The translations under genes and the position numbers were made by a program. Positions 8,683 to 17,168 of a stretch of DNA of 32,000 nt are shown one piece after another. The number at the start of each line of letters is the position of its first letter. The stretch's first letter is position 1. Origin of the DNA: Halogeometricum borinquense DSM 11551 (lineage in GTDB: Archaea > Halobacteriota > Halobacteria > Halobacteriales > Haloferacaceae); NCBI RefSeq assembly GCF_000172995.2, contig NC_014729.1, forward strand, positions 660,001 through 692,000. Reading direction: 5' to 3'. The notes beneath the pieces were generated by a model. It had not been told where the DNA came from. It saw nothing but the letters and a program-made list of their open reading frames with translations, and did not search any database.

Positions 8683-10613
8683 GCCGAAAGGAGTTCCGCG
8701 ACTTGGCCGCCCCGGAGGCGGCGCACGAGGCCATCGCGGGGCTGGATCTGACGCCCGAAACCGAGAGAGTCCCCCTGCGAGAGTCGCGCGGTCGTGTCCT
8801 CGCCGAACGGATCGACGCCGAGATGGACGTGCCCGGATTCGACAGAGCAAGTATGGATGGGTATGCCGTCCGCGCCCGCGACACGTTCGGTGCGGACGAA
8901 GCGTCGCCGGCGGAACTCGAACTCATCGGGGAGGTACACGCCGGAGTCGAACCCGACGTGGTCGTCGGAGAAGGCGAAGCGGCCGAAATCTCCACCGGTG
9001 CGGTGATGCCAGACGGCGCGGACGCCGTCGTCATCGTCGAACGAACCGAGGAACGCGACGGAACGCTCGTCGTCCGCGACGCCGTCGCACCGGGCGACAG
9101 CGTGATGCTTGCGGGCGCGGACGTAGCCGCCGGTGCGCGCGCACTCGGTCCCGGGACGTACCTGACGCCCCGCGAAATCGGCCTGCTTTCGGCGCTCGGC
9201 GTTGACGAGGTGCCTGTCCGCGGCAAACCGACTGTCGGAATTATCTCAACCGGTGACGAACTCGTCCGCCCCGGTGACCCGCTGAACAGCGACGCCGGAC
9301 AGATTTACGACGTGAATAGCTACACCATCGCCACCGGCGTTGAGGAGGCTGGCGGCGAGGTTCGTATGTATCCGCATGCGGGAGACGACTACGAAGAGAT
9401 GGAGCGAATCCTCGTGCAGGCGGCCGAGGAGTGCGATTTAGTGCTCTCCTCCGGATCCACCTCCGCCTCCGCCGTAGACGTTATCTACCGCGTCATCGAG
9501 GAACGCGGCGAACTCCTCCTGCACGGCGTCGCGGTCAAACCGGGCAAGCCGATGCTCGTCGGTACTCTCGGCGGCGAGCGTGGTGCCAAGAGTGAGAACA
9601 AAGGGGACACCGCGGCGACCGACTCGCCCTCCGCGTACGTCGGTCTCCCGGGCTATCCCGTCTCTGCGCTTACGATCTTCCAGACGTTTGTCGCGCCCGC
9701 TATCCGTCGCGCTGCCGGGCTTCCAAACCCTCAAACCGCGACCGTCTCGGGGTCGATGGCCGTCCGGGAACGGTACGCCGAGGGCCGACTGCGACTCATG
9801 CCCGTCGGCCTCCTCGAAAACGAGTCCGGCGAGACGCTCGTCTACCCGGTGGACAAAGGAAGCGGGGCAACCACCTCGCTGGTCGAAGCCGACGGCGTGG
9901 TCGAAGTTCATCCAGACACCGAGTACCTCGCCGACGGGGAGTCTGTCGAGGTACGTCTGTTCTCACCGGACGTACGTGCGCCGACGCTCCTCGGCGTGGG
10001 TGAGGATGACCCGGCACTGTCCCGACTCCTCGACAGACTCGACTCGCCGCGCTACCTCCCCGTCGGAAGCCGCGAGGGTCTGCGCCGCCTCCGCGACGGC
10101 GTGCCGGATGTCGCCGTCGTCGCCGGACCAACCGAACGAACCGTCGAAAGCGTCGATATCGGCGGCTGGACGCGCGAGTGGGGGCTTATCGTCCCCGCAG
10201 GCAACCCCGATGACGTATCCGGACTCTCCGACCTCGTCGCGCGTGACCTGCGGTTCGTCAACCGTGATACAAACGCCGGTCTCCGTGCAAGTCTCGATGC
10301 TGCTCTTGACGAACTCGCGGCCGAACGCGATACGTCGAAACGCGAACTCACAGCGCGGATCGACGGCTTCGAGTTGACGACGAAGGCGACGGAGAGTCCC
10401 GCAAGAGCCGTCCTGCGAGGAAAAGCTGACGCCGGACTCGGATTACGCGCCACCGCAAATGAGCTTGATATGGGGTTCATCCGAGTCGGAGACGAGTCCG
10501 TTCGTGTCCACGCGAACCCCGACAGAACGGAGAAGCCGAGCGTTGAAGCGATCACAGCGCTTCTCAGTGACGCTGACGACGTGTTCGACGAACTCTCCGG
10601 ATATAATCGGTAA
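8670..10613 (+). CDS. moeA: MoeA-family molybdopterin biosynthesis protein fused to a C-terminal periplasmic-binding-protein-like domain
   Basis: The N-terminal part carries GFDRASMDGYAVRA, SSGSTSAS and LPGYPVSA. An extra C-terminal region of about 230 aa (LLGVGEDDPALS...GFIRVGDE) resembles a substrate-binding domain. The start is GTG at 8670, or GTG at 8679 which overlaps the upstream stop as GTGA. Confidence 0.8.
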   Translation: MVGVSRKEFRDLAAPEAAHEAIAGLDLTPETERVPLRESRGRVLAERIDAEMDVPGFDRASMDGYAVRARDTFGADEASPAELELIGEVHAGVEPDVVVGEGEAAEISTGAVMPDGADAVVIVERTEERDGTLVVRDAVAPGDSVMLAGADVAAGARALGPGTYLTPREIGLLSALGVDEVPVRGKPTVGIISTGDELVRPGDPLNSDAGQIYDVNSYTIATGVEEAGGEVRMYPHAGDDYEEMERILVQAAEECDLVLSSGSTSASAVDVIYRVIEERGELLLHGVAVKPGKPMLVGTLGGERGAKSENKGDTAATDSPSAYVGLPGYPVSALTIFQTFVAPAIRRAAGLPNPQTATVSGSMAVRERYAEGRLRLMPVGLLENESGETLVYPVDKGSGATTSLVEADGVVEVHPDTEYLADGESVEVRLFSPDVRAPTLLGVGEDDPALSRLLDRLDSPRYLPVGSREGLRRLRDGVPDVAVVAGPTERTVESVDIGGWTREWGLIVPAGNPDDVSGLSDLVARDLRFVNRDTNAGLRASLDAALDELAAERDTSKRELTARIDGFELTTKATESPARAVLRGKADAGLGLRATANELDMGFIRVGDESVRVHANPDRTEKPSVEAITALLSDADDVFDELSGYNR

Positions 10614-10684
10614 GCAATACAGTTCCGTATTATTACATTTCTACCGCCACGAAAACTTTAGTGATATGCCACTAATTGTCTCAC

Positions 10685-11446
10685 ATGGTCCCTCGCGCGA
10701 CGGTCCTTCACGTGGACGACGATCCGGACTTATTGGAGCTTTCTGCGTTCTCTTTCGATCAAGCGGCGAGTGACGAACTCGAGATGGTGACGGCATCGGA
10801 TGCGGTTGCGGGTCTCGATACACTCGAATCGCAGTCTGTCGATTGTCTTGTCAGCGACTCGCTTCGACTCCCGGACGATACGCCGTTCATCGTCGCCGCA
10901 CGCCAGCGAGAGCCGTCGATACCTATCGTCTTCTACACCGCCAAAGGATGGGACACCGTCGCTCTCGACGCACTCGAAGCCCGTGTCTCTGAATACATTC
11001 GCAAGGGTGACGAGGGCGATATTGCAGCCGTTATCGAGCGCGTGCGCGAACTTGCAAAGCAGAACCAAACGCCGACCATCGACGAGGAGATGCTGTTCGA
11101 CGGCCGGCCGTGCGATGCGGTCGAAGAAGCCGTCGATACGTTCCCCGCAGAGAGTGTGAACGATGCATGGACGGTTATCGGCGTCCACGACTGGGAAGTG
11201 GACGACGAACTCGCCACGACTATTGCCCAAGTGATGGAGGCGTACACCGGTATCGACGCCCTCGAAGCCGAACCGCTGTTCTCCTCGTTGGATATGGATG
11301 CGTTGGATTCGTTACTCGAACCGCGAGCGAGCGAGACGCCGCGCTACGATATTCAGGTCCGGTTCCCGTACGAAGAGTGGGAACTCTCCGTCTCCAGCGA
11401 CGGCTTCATTTCGGTTCGTCCTCTTCCCGAGACGGACGCGGAGTAA
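10685..11446 (+). CDS. response-regulator receiver domain protein with C-terminal HalOD1 output domain
   Basis: The N-terminus VLHVDDDPDLLEL...DCLVSDSLRLPD...VFYTAKG fits a receiver fold. The C-terminus AEPLFSSLDMDALDSLLEP...IQVRFPYEEWELSVSSDGFISV fits the halobacterial output domain 1 pattern. The ATG at 10685 is preferred over the TTG at 10676. A weak TATA-like TTTAGT lies about 26 nt upstream. Confidence 0.7.
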   Translation: MVPRATVLHVDDDPDLLELSAFSFDQAASDELEMVTASDAVAGLDTLESQSVDCLVSDSLRLPDDTPFIVAARQREPSIPIVFYTAKGWDTVALDALEARVSEYIRKGDEGDIAAVIERVRELAKQNQTPTIDEEMLFDGRPCDAVEEAVDTFPAESVNDAWTVIGVHDWEVDDELATTIAQVMEAYTGIDALEAEPLFSSLDMDALDSLLEPRASETPRYDIQVRFPYEEWELSVSSDGFISVRPLPETDAE

Positions 11447-11448
11447 GT

Positions 11449-12132
11449 TCAGTCTACGACGAATCCGCCGTCGGTAGCGACGCGTCGGTTCCGTAAATCC
11501 TCGAACGTCTCGACGCGTACGTCAGCAAGCACGCACCGCCCGCGCCGTTCGGGTGTGTGCCGTTCGACGTGGATGCCGTCAAGTCCGGCGTTCCATGCGG
11601 CCCCGATATCACTGGACCCGTCACCGGCGAGGACGCCTTGACTGTCTGAGTTGGGGTCGAGACCCAGCGCCTTCATCGTGTGATGGACTGGTTCTGGGTC
11701 CGGTTTCCACCCCAACTCTTCGGTACAACAGACGACGGTATCGAACCAGTCGCGGACGTCGAGGTGGTCGATCACCGGATCAGCGAGGAACTGCTGACAG
11801 TGAGTGACGACGCCCACCGGTCGGTCGTCTACGAGGTCTGCGAGGAGGTCAGTGGCATCGTCGTGGAGATACGTCGCCTCCGCGCGTGCCTGCGGGTCTT
11901 CGACGGCGTGGAAGGCGGGCCAGAAGTCGTCGGGATCGATATCCCACGCGCGCAGTTGTGGGTCACGTGCCCCGCCGAGGCCGTGCCAGATGATCTCGGC
12001 TTCACGGTCGGTGAACTCCCGGCCGAGTCGGTCGCCCACGCGGTCGAACACCTCGCGGGTGTACGACCAGTCGGCGTCTACGAGCGTGCCGTCGAGGTCG
12101 AATAGCCAGAAGTCGTACGCGTCGGCAACCAT
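11449..12132 (-). CDS. HAD-superfamily hydrolase (phosphatase-like)
   Basis: Motif I is FDLDGTLVD. Motif IV resembles AGDGSSDIGAAWNAG. Confidence 0.8.
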   Translation of the reverse strand: MVADAYDFWLFDLDGTLVDADWSYTREVFDRVGDRLGREFTDREAEIIWHGLGGARDPQLRAWDIDPDDFWPAFHAVEDPQARAEATYLHDDATDLLADLVDDRPVGVVTHCQQFLADPVIDHLDVRDWFDTVVCCTEELGWKPDPEPVHHTMKALGLDPNSDSQGVLAGDGSSDIGAAWNAGLDGIHVERHTPERRGRCVLADVRVETFEDLRNRRVATDGGFVVD

Positions 12133-12290
12133 CGGAAATCAATTATATGCGATCTATAGCTAAGTGCTTTTCGCCGTTACTATCGGCATATCCCATATCT
12201 CACACCGGAAAGAACGTCACAAATCACGACTGAGCGGTCCGGTTTCACTTCTTTCGAAATTCTCATTGGCGTCCACTATAAATTTGTTCT

Positions 12291-12740
12291 ATGTTTAGAA
12301 GGCGGTTCCTCGCGGAACTCGGCAGTGTGGGCGGAGCGATTGCAATTGCCGGCTGTTCCGGTCCCTCGAACGGTGCTTCAGGCACCACCACGCCCTCTCT
12401 CGATGAGATAAAGGAGAACGCTTCCGCTGTAAAACACGAATCGTTGTACCGGGATAACAGCCAGTACAAGGGTGAGTACGTCGTTTTCGAGGATGTCTAC
12501 ATCGCCGATGTCGTTACGTCAGATGATGGGTTACACGAGTACATTATCGGCGTTCCGCAGGATGGCCTTTTTGACGATGATTACCTCTGGGGAACGTGGA
12601 CGGGTGACCCGTACCGAGAAAACGATCAGATCACTCTCTGGGGGAAGGTAACCGGGCTACACGAATACGACACGCTCGGTGGCAATAAAACGGTCCCCGA
12701 ACTGGAGTTGGTTGACATCGAACTGCTCGATAGCGCGTAA
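12291..12740 (+). CDS. Tat-signal lipoprotein, function unknown
   Basis: The N-terminus MFRRRFLAELGSVGGAIAIAGCSG has a twin-arginine motif, a hydrophobic region and a lipobox Cys. GC is locally lower: one hand-counted coding line gives 50 % and the upstream intergenic line about 37 %. Confidence 0.65.
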   Translation: MFRRRFLAELGSVGGAIAIAGCSGPSNGASGTTTPSLDEIKENASAVKHESLYRDNSQYKGEYVVFEDVYIADVVTSDDGLHEYIIGVPQDGLFDDDYLWGTWTGDPYRENDQITLWGKVTGLHEYDTLGGNKTVPELELVDIELLDSA

Positions 12741-12750
12741 CGAACGGCTC

Positions 12751-13125
12751 TCAGCTATCGTCCTCGATTCGAATACTCGACCCCAGATACTTGTGAAGCA
12801 CTTCGCGGGTGGAGTCAGCATTAAACAGCGTGAGGTCTGCAGCAATCTCCGTGCGCAACGCCTCCATGTACGCCTCGTCAGCACGCAACTCGCTGAACGA
12901 GACGGACTCGACCGGGAGGGAGAGCCACTCTTCGGCGAGTTCACGTGCGTACCGGTCGTCGTTGACTTCACCCCGCCAGAGCGTGTTGCGGAAGAACAGC
13001 CAATCGCCCTCGCCCGGTTCGTCGGCAGGAACTTCAACGACGGTCTCGAACGACCTCGGGTTCGTTCGAACTCCGGACGCTGGGTCGAGTCTGAACTGGA
13101 CGCGAAAGACGTACGCGGCATTCAC
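12751..13125 (-). CDS. conserved-looking acidic hypothetical protein, tightly coupled to the pterin dehydratase gene
   Basis: The GTG at 13125 lies 2 nt after the TAG of the upstream gene (TAGCCGTG). The product begins (M)NAAYVFRVQFRLDP...WLFFRNTLWRGEV. The R-rich prefix of ORF 12751..13353 overlaps the PCD gene and is rejected. Confidence 0.5.
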   Translation of the reverse strand: MNAAYVFRVQFRLDPASGVRTNPRSFETVVEVPADEPGEGDWLFFRNTLWRGEVNDDRYARELAEEWLSLPVESVSFSELRADEAYMEALRTEIAADLTLFNADSTREVLHKYLGSSIRIEDDS

Positions 13126-13127
13126 GG

Positions 13128-13403
13128 CTATCGTTCGTCGTCGAATAGGTCCGCAAGGCGGATGTCTTTTTCCGTGATTCCACCCTCTTCGTGGCTGGTA
13201 AGGCGCACTTCGACCGTTTTGTAGCCGACGATTATTTCGGGATGGTGGAACTCTTCTTCTGCAACTTCGCCCACCTTCGTGACGAACTCGATTCCCCTCA
13301 GGTAGTCGTCGAACTCGTACGTCTTCGTGATCTCGTCGCCGTCGCGTTCCCACTCGTCGGGGAGTTGGCTCTCTATCTCGTCGTCGTCAAGTAGTTCGGC
13401 CAT
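13128..13403 (-). CDS. 4a-hydroxytetrahydrobiopterin (pterin-4a-carbinolamine) dehydratase family protein
   Basis: The signature EEFHHPEI is present within ...FVTKVGEVAEEEFHHPEIIVGYKTVEVRLTSHE. The 91-aa length is typical. Confidence 0.85.
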   Translation of the reverse strand: MAELLDDDEIESQLPDEWERDGDEITKTYEFDDYLRGIEFVTKVGEVAEEEFHHPEIIVGYKTVEVRLTSHEEGGITEKDIRLADLFDDER

Positions 13404-13444
13404 GGTCGGCGTCTCGGACGCCGAGAGAATAATCTTTCTCCCAA

Positions 13445-14800
13445 TCAGTCGTCCGCGAGACTTTCGAGGACGTGCTGACCGTCGTCTGCGTCGTTAGACG
13501 CGTCTTCGGGTATCGCTCCACGCGGTCCTGAGGGCGTGTCGAACGACGGTTCCCCGCCGCTGAAGTCGGGATCGAACAGCGTCATCGCCGTCTGGATGGT
13601 GTCCCAGTCGTCCTCAACGGCGGCCTCGCGGAGACTCTTCGTCGGCGCGGAGAGCAGTTGGCCGACCAGCGCATCCGCCAGCGCAGCGACGGTTTCTCGC
13701 TGGTCGTCGGTCAACTCTCCCTGTGCGTCGAGTTTCGCCAGAGCCGTCTCCAGTTCCCGCTGTTTGACCTCCTCTGCGGCCTCGTACATGCCGCTGATGG
13801 CTCGGTCGGCACGTTTCCGTTTGAACGACTTCAAGAGCCGCTCGAACTCGTCGTCTATCATAGATTCTACTCGTTCGGCCGCCTCGCGCCGCAGTTCGCG
13901 CGTTTCGTCCGTGACCGCCTCTAATCCGTCCATGTCGTGAACGACGATGTCGGGAAGCGAATCGACGGCAGGGTCAACGTCGCGCGGTTGTGCGAGGTCG
14001 ATCAGTGTCGTCTCGCCGCTCGTTTCGACGTGGGGCGACGAAAGAACGTACTCGGGACTGCCCGTCGCTGAAATGACCACGTCTGCTGCTTCGATGGCTG
14101 CTTCGACGGCACTGAGCGGAAGGGCGCGCGCCGGAACGTCAACCTCTTCGGCGACGTGCTCTGCGTGCGGAAGCGTCCGGTTTGCGACGACCAGTTCGCC
14201 GATACCCGCAGCAGCGAGTGATTCTGCCGCCAACGTCCCCATCTCGCCCGCGCCGATGACTAACGCTGTCGCGCCGTCAAGTGTCGTTTCGGACTTTGCG
14301 AGCCGAACCGCGGCCGAGCCGAGCGACAGCGCCCCCTCGTTGATTTCGGTCTCTGTGCGTGCGCGTTCGCCGACGTGGATTGCCTTCGTCACGGCATCGT
14401 CCAGCATCGGACCGATACCGCCCGCGCCTCGTGCCTCCTCGAACGACCGCTTGATTTGGCCGAGAATCTGGTCCTCGCCGAGGACGAGCGATTCGAGTCC
14501 CGCCGCGACTCGCATCAGGTGACGGAGGCTCTGCTCGTGGTCCATCTCGACGACCGCCCCGTCCCGCACGTCGGGTGCGAAGTCGGTGAGTGCCCGTCGG
14601 CCGGTGGCCTGCGCGTCGGTGACGACGTAGGCTTCGGCCCGGTTGCACGTGTGGAGGGCGAACGCCTCCGAGACCTCCTCGTTAGTGAGGAGCGATTCGA
14701 CGGTGGTACGAACGTCGTCGTCGGACGCCGACGCGACCTCGTCTACGGTCGCGTGGTCGTGAGACACACGAACTCCAGAGATGACTCCTGCGTTTCTCAT
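13445..14800 (-). CDS. hemA: glutamyl-tRNA reductase
   Basis: The active-site motif HTCNRAE and the NADPH-binding motif VIGAGEMG are present. The 4-nt ATGA overlap couples it to the upstream gene. Confidence 0.92.
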   Translation of the reverse strand: MRNAGVISGVRVSHDHATVDEVASASDDDVRTTVESLLTNEEVSEAFALHTCNRAEAYVVTDAQATGRRALTDFAPDVRDGAVVEMDHEQSLRHLMRVAAGLESLVLGEDQILGQIKRSFEEARGAGGIGPMLDDAVTKAIHVGERARTETEINEGALSLGSAAVRLAKSETTLDGATALVIGAGEMGTLAAESLAAAGIGELVVANRTLPHAEHVAEEVDVPARALPLSAVEAAIEAADVVISATGSPEYVLSSPHVETSGETTLIDLAQPRDVDPAVDSLPDIVVHDMDGLEAVTDETRELRREAAERVESMIDDEFERLLKSFKRKRADRAISGMYEAAEEVKQRELETALAKLDAQGELTDDQRETVAALADALVGQLLSAPTKSLREAAVEDDWDTIQTAMTLFDPDFSGGEPSFDTPSGPRGAIPEDASNDADDGQHVLESLADD

Positions 14801-15459
14801 CTTTCACCTCCGACTGTGTTCCGTATCACGCGGTCTGCCTCTTGGCGGGCTTTAGATTCCCCTGTACGTAAAGCCTTCCAAACCTTCGGGGACTGTACTA
14901 CGGCGCGGACCGCCGCCCGTCGTTCATCGGGCGTATAGTCGGTCTCGCGGAGTTCTTGACGGAGTTGTCCCGTCAACTCCGCCATCGCGCCTGCACCGTC
15001 GATTTCTGACTCGATCCGCTCGCGCAGGTACTTCGCCAGCGCTGGACTCGCCCCGCCCGTCGATATCGCCACGCGCACGTCGCCGTCCTCGATGGTTGCC
15101 GGAACGACGGCGCTTCTCGCTGCTCGGTCGCCGTCTCCTGCGGCGGCGCTCTCGTCGGCGCGGTTCACGAGTGCACCCGTCTCCTGTGCGGCGCGTTCGG
15201 CGGCGTCGTTCACCCCGCCGTCAGGTGTTGCCGCGACGACTAACGCCGGTTCGACCCGCGATACCCAGTCACTGACGTCGTCGGGCGTCGGTTCGGCCCG
15301 AACACACTCGGCGTCGCCGTAGTCGTCCTCCTCGAACCTCGGACTGACGACGATTACGTTCGCCTCGGCGGCGAAGCGACGGGCTTTCCGCGCGCCGACG
15401 GGGCCGCCGCCGAAGACGAGGACGGACTCATCCGTGAAGTCGTGGTACAGCGGTATCAT
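14797..15459 (-). CDS. sirC: precorrin-2 dehydrogenase / sirohydrochlorin ferrochelatase (siroheme synthase N-terminal-domain type)
   Basis: The Rossmann motif VLVFGGGPVGARKARRF is present. Size is about 220 aa. It is coupled to hemA. Confidence 0.8.
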   Translation of the reverse strand: MIPLYHDFTDESVLVFGGGPVGARKARRFAAEANVIVVSPRFEEDDYGDAECVRAEPTPDDVSDWVSRVEPALVVAATPDGGVNDAAERAAQETGALVNRADESAAAGDGDRAARSAVVPATIEDGDVRVAISTGGASPALAKYLRERIESEIDGAGAMAELTGQLRQELRETDYTPDERRAAVRAVVQSPKVWKALRTGESKARQEADRVIRNTVGGER

Positions 15460-15584
15460 CGGTCGGTAGCCTCCATCTCACGTTTCTCCTCGGGTTCCAT
15501 TTTCCCCTTCATTTCTGTCTTTCTCACTGTCTCTGTGTGCCCCACCATCGTATGGTCTCCTCCGTGTTCGGTCTCCCTCGTTTC

Positions 15585-15616
15585 GGCCTACTCTATGTTC
15601 GGCCTACTCCGTGTTC
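15585..15616. repeat. 16-nt tandem duplication GGCCTACTCYRTGTTC x2 spanning the stop codon of the siroheme decarboxylase gene
   Basis: Copy A is 15585-15600 (ggcctactctatgttc) and copy B is 15601-15616 (ggcctactccgtgttc), identical at 14 of 16 positions. Copy B contains the TAG and the last codons (..NTE*). A further partial copy, ctccgtgttcg, lies at 15560-15570. Confidence 0.8.
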
Positions 15617-16695
15617 GCGTCTGCCCGTTCGGCCATCCTAATTCCGGTCTTCTTCAGGATGCGCGTCGAGAACAGGGTGTCCCAGTCGCCCTGCTCGTCG
15701 TCGGTCGTCTGGTCGCCCACGTCCCAGTACTCGGCCATCACGTCGCGCACCTGTTCGATGCGTTCTTGGCTCTCTGCTTCCGAGCGCCCGTGCGTCATGG
15801 CGAAGAAGTTGTACGGCCAAACGCCCTCGTGTCGCGGCCGCCGATAACAGTGCGTCACGAAGTCCAGTGAGGCGACGGCCGGGCCGACCTCCTGAACCAC
15901 GTCGTCGGGGACGTTCCAGACGGTCATGCCGTTCTCAGTGTAGCCGAGGGCGTAGTGGTTCGGGATGACGCCGACTCGACGGACTTTACCCTCTTGGTTG
16001 AACCGTTTTATCGTCCGGACGACCCACTCGGTATCCGTTTCGAGTTCGGCCGCCACGTCCGCGTACGGCGTCGCAGAGATTGGGAGTCCGCCCTGAATCT
16101 CCAACACGAGGTCGCGTTCGTCCGGCGTCAGCGTCCGGCGGTCCTCGGGGGTGACCGACGGGCCGCGGTCCGAGAGGTCCACATCGCCGTCCGGAACGGG
16201 ACCGTCCAGCATGAACTTCGCTTCGACGCGGAACTCGTCCTGTTTGGGGAGGTTGTACGTCGGTTGTCCCGTCTCTTCTTCAATCTCGCCCAGCACTTCC
16301 TCGACGCGACTCTCGTCGGCGACGCTGACGACGAACCACATGTTGAGGTGCGGGTGTTCGCGTTCGTAGTTGTGCGCGACTTCTCGGTGGGCGTTCACCT
16401 GTTCTGCCACCTCGTCGTATCGGTCCTCGGGAGCGTGCATGGCGACAAGGGTCGCCGTCCCGCCGATTTCCTCCGCGTTGACGAGTGCGCCGAACCGCGT
16501 CAACACGCCCGCGTCGTCAAGATGACGGACTCGTTCGACGAGTTCGGAAGCGGTCACGTCTACACCGCGCTCGCGGAGTGCCGTTGCGGCCGGTTCGAAC
16601 GGCCGCTCGACCACCGGAAATCCGCCCTGAAAGGCGTTGATGATGGCCCGGTCGAGATCCGTCAGTTCGGCTGTATCGACGTCGGCCCTGCTCAT
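15604..16695 (-). CDS. ahbAB: siroheme decarboxylase, fused AhbA/AhbB-like (two AsnC/Lrp-type modules; NirD/L/G/H family)
   Basis: Two tandem modules of about 170 aa are present. Each starts with an HTH-like segment (LDRAIINAFQGGFPVVERPF... and ERDLVLEIQGGLPISATPY...) followed by a ...NMWFVV... or ...NFFAMTH... core. It is adjacent to hemA and the siroheme genes. Confidence 0.75.
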   Translation of the reverse strand: MSRADVDTAELTDLDRAIINAFQGGFPVVERPFEPAATALRERGVDVTASELVERVRHLDDAGVLTRFGALVNAEEIGGTATLVAMHAPEDRYDEVAEQVNAHREVAHNYEREHPHLNMWFVVSVADESRVEEVLGEIEEETGQPTYNLPKQDEFRVEAKFMLDGPVPDGDVDLSDRGPSVTPEDRRTLTPDERDLVLEIQGGLPISATPYADVAAELETDTEWVVRTIKRFNQEGKVRRVGVIPNHYALGYTENGMTVWNVPDDVVQEVGPAVASLDFVTHCYRRPRHEGVWPYNFFAMTHGRSEAESQERIEQVRDVMAEYWDVGDQTTDDEQGDWDTLFSTRILKKTGIRMAERADANTE

Positions 16696-16793
16696 AGGTT
16701 CCCTTGCAATCCTGCGAGGATAAGTATCCCGAAGCAGGCGATTCGGTGGTCCGAACGCCCAATAATTATGACATAAAATCTATAACATGACAC

Positions 16794-17162
16794 ATGGACA
16801 AACGTGCCATCCTGTTCGGGTCCCTCGTCCAACTCGCCCTCACAATCGCCGCCGAACTGGCGGGGATGACCCTCCTCCCGTTCGGTGTTCTCGGTGGTCT
16901 CGTCGCCGGTAGTGTCTCTCGATCCTTTGAGAAAGAGTACCGTGACGCGGGCCTCGCCGGATGGTCGGCGTGGTTCGTCTTCGGCGTCGGAATCGCCGTA
17001 CTGAGTCTTCTCAGTGGTTCGAAACTATTCACCGACCAGAGTTTCGTCGGCGTCTGGTTCGGTGTCGGGTACGCTATCGTCGGTGCGGGAATCAGCGGTC
17101 TTCTGTCCGCTATCGTTGGCGTCGCCATCGGCGGCGTTCGCCGCCGCTTTAATCCTGTCTGA
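16794..17162 (+). CDS. small integral membrane protein (about 4 TM)
   Basis: The 122-aa product is G/A/V/L-rich and hydrophobic. I recognised no motif. Confidence 0.55.
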   Translation: MDKRAILFGSLVQLALTIAAELAGMTLLPFGVLGGLVAGSVSRSFEKEYRDAGLAGWSAWFVFGVGIAVLSLLSGSKLFTDQSFVGVWFGVGYAIVGAGISGLLSAIVGVAIGGVRRRFNPV

Positions 17163-17168
17163 GGTCGT

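Noticed and set aside
7810-9226. Minus-strand ORFs 7810..8850, 8328..8939 and 8348..9226
   Set aside because: All three are antisense to the two moeA genes. They are R/S/P/T-rich and mutually overlapping, so they are shadow ORFs.
12657-13121. 154-aa minus-strand ORF alternative to 12751..13125
   Set aside because: The product is S/R/T-rich and its 3' part overlaps the convergent lipoprotein gene 3' end. The other frame gives an acidic protein with a GTG start 2 nt after the upstream stop.
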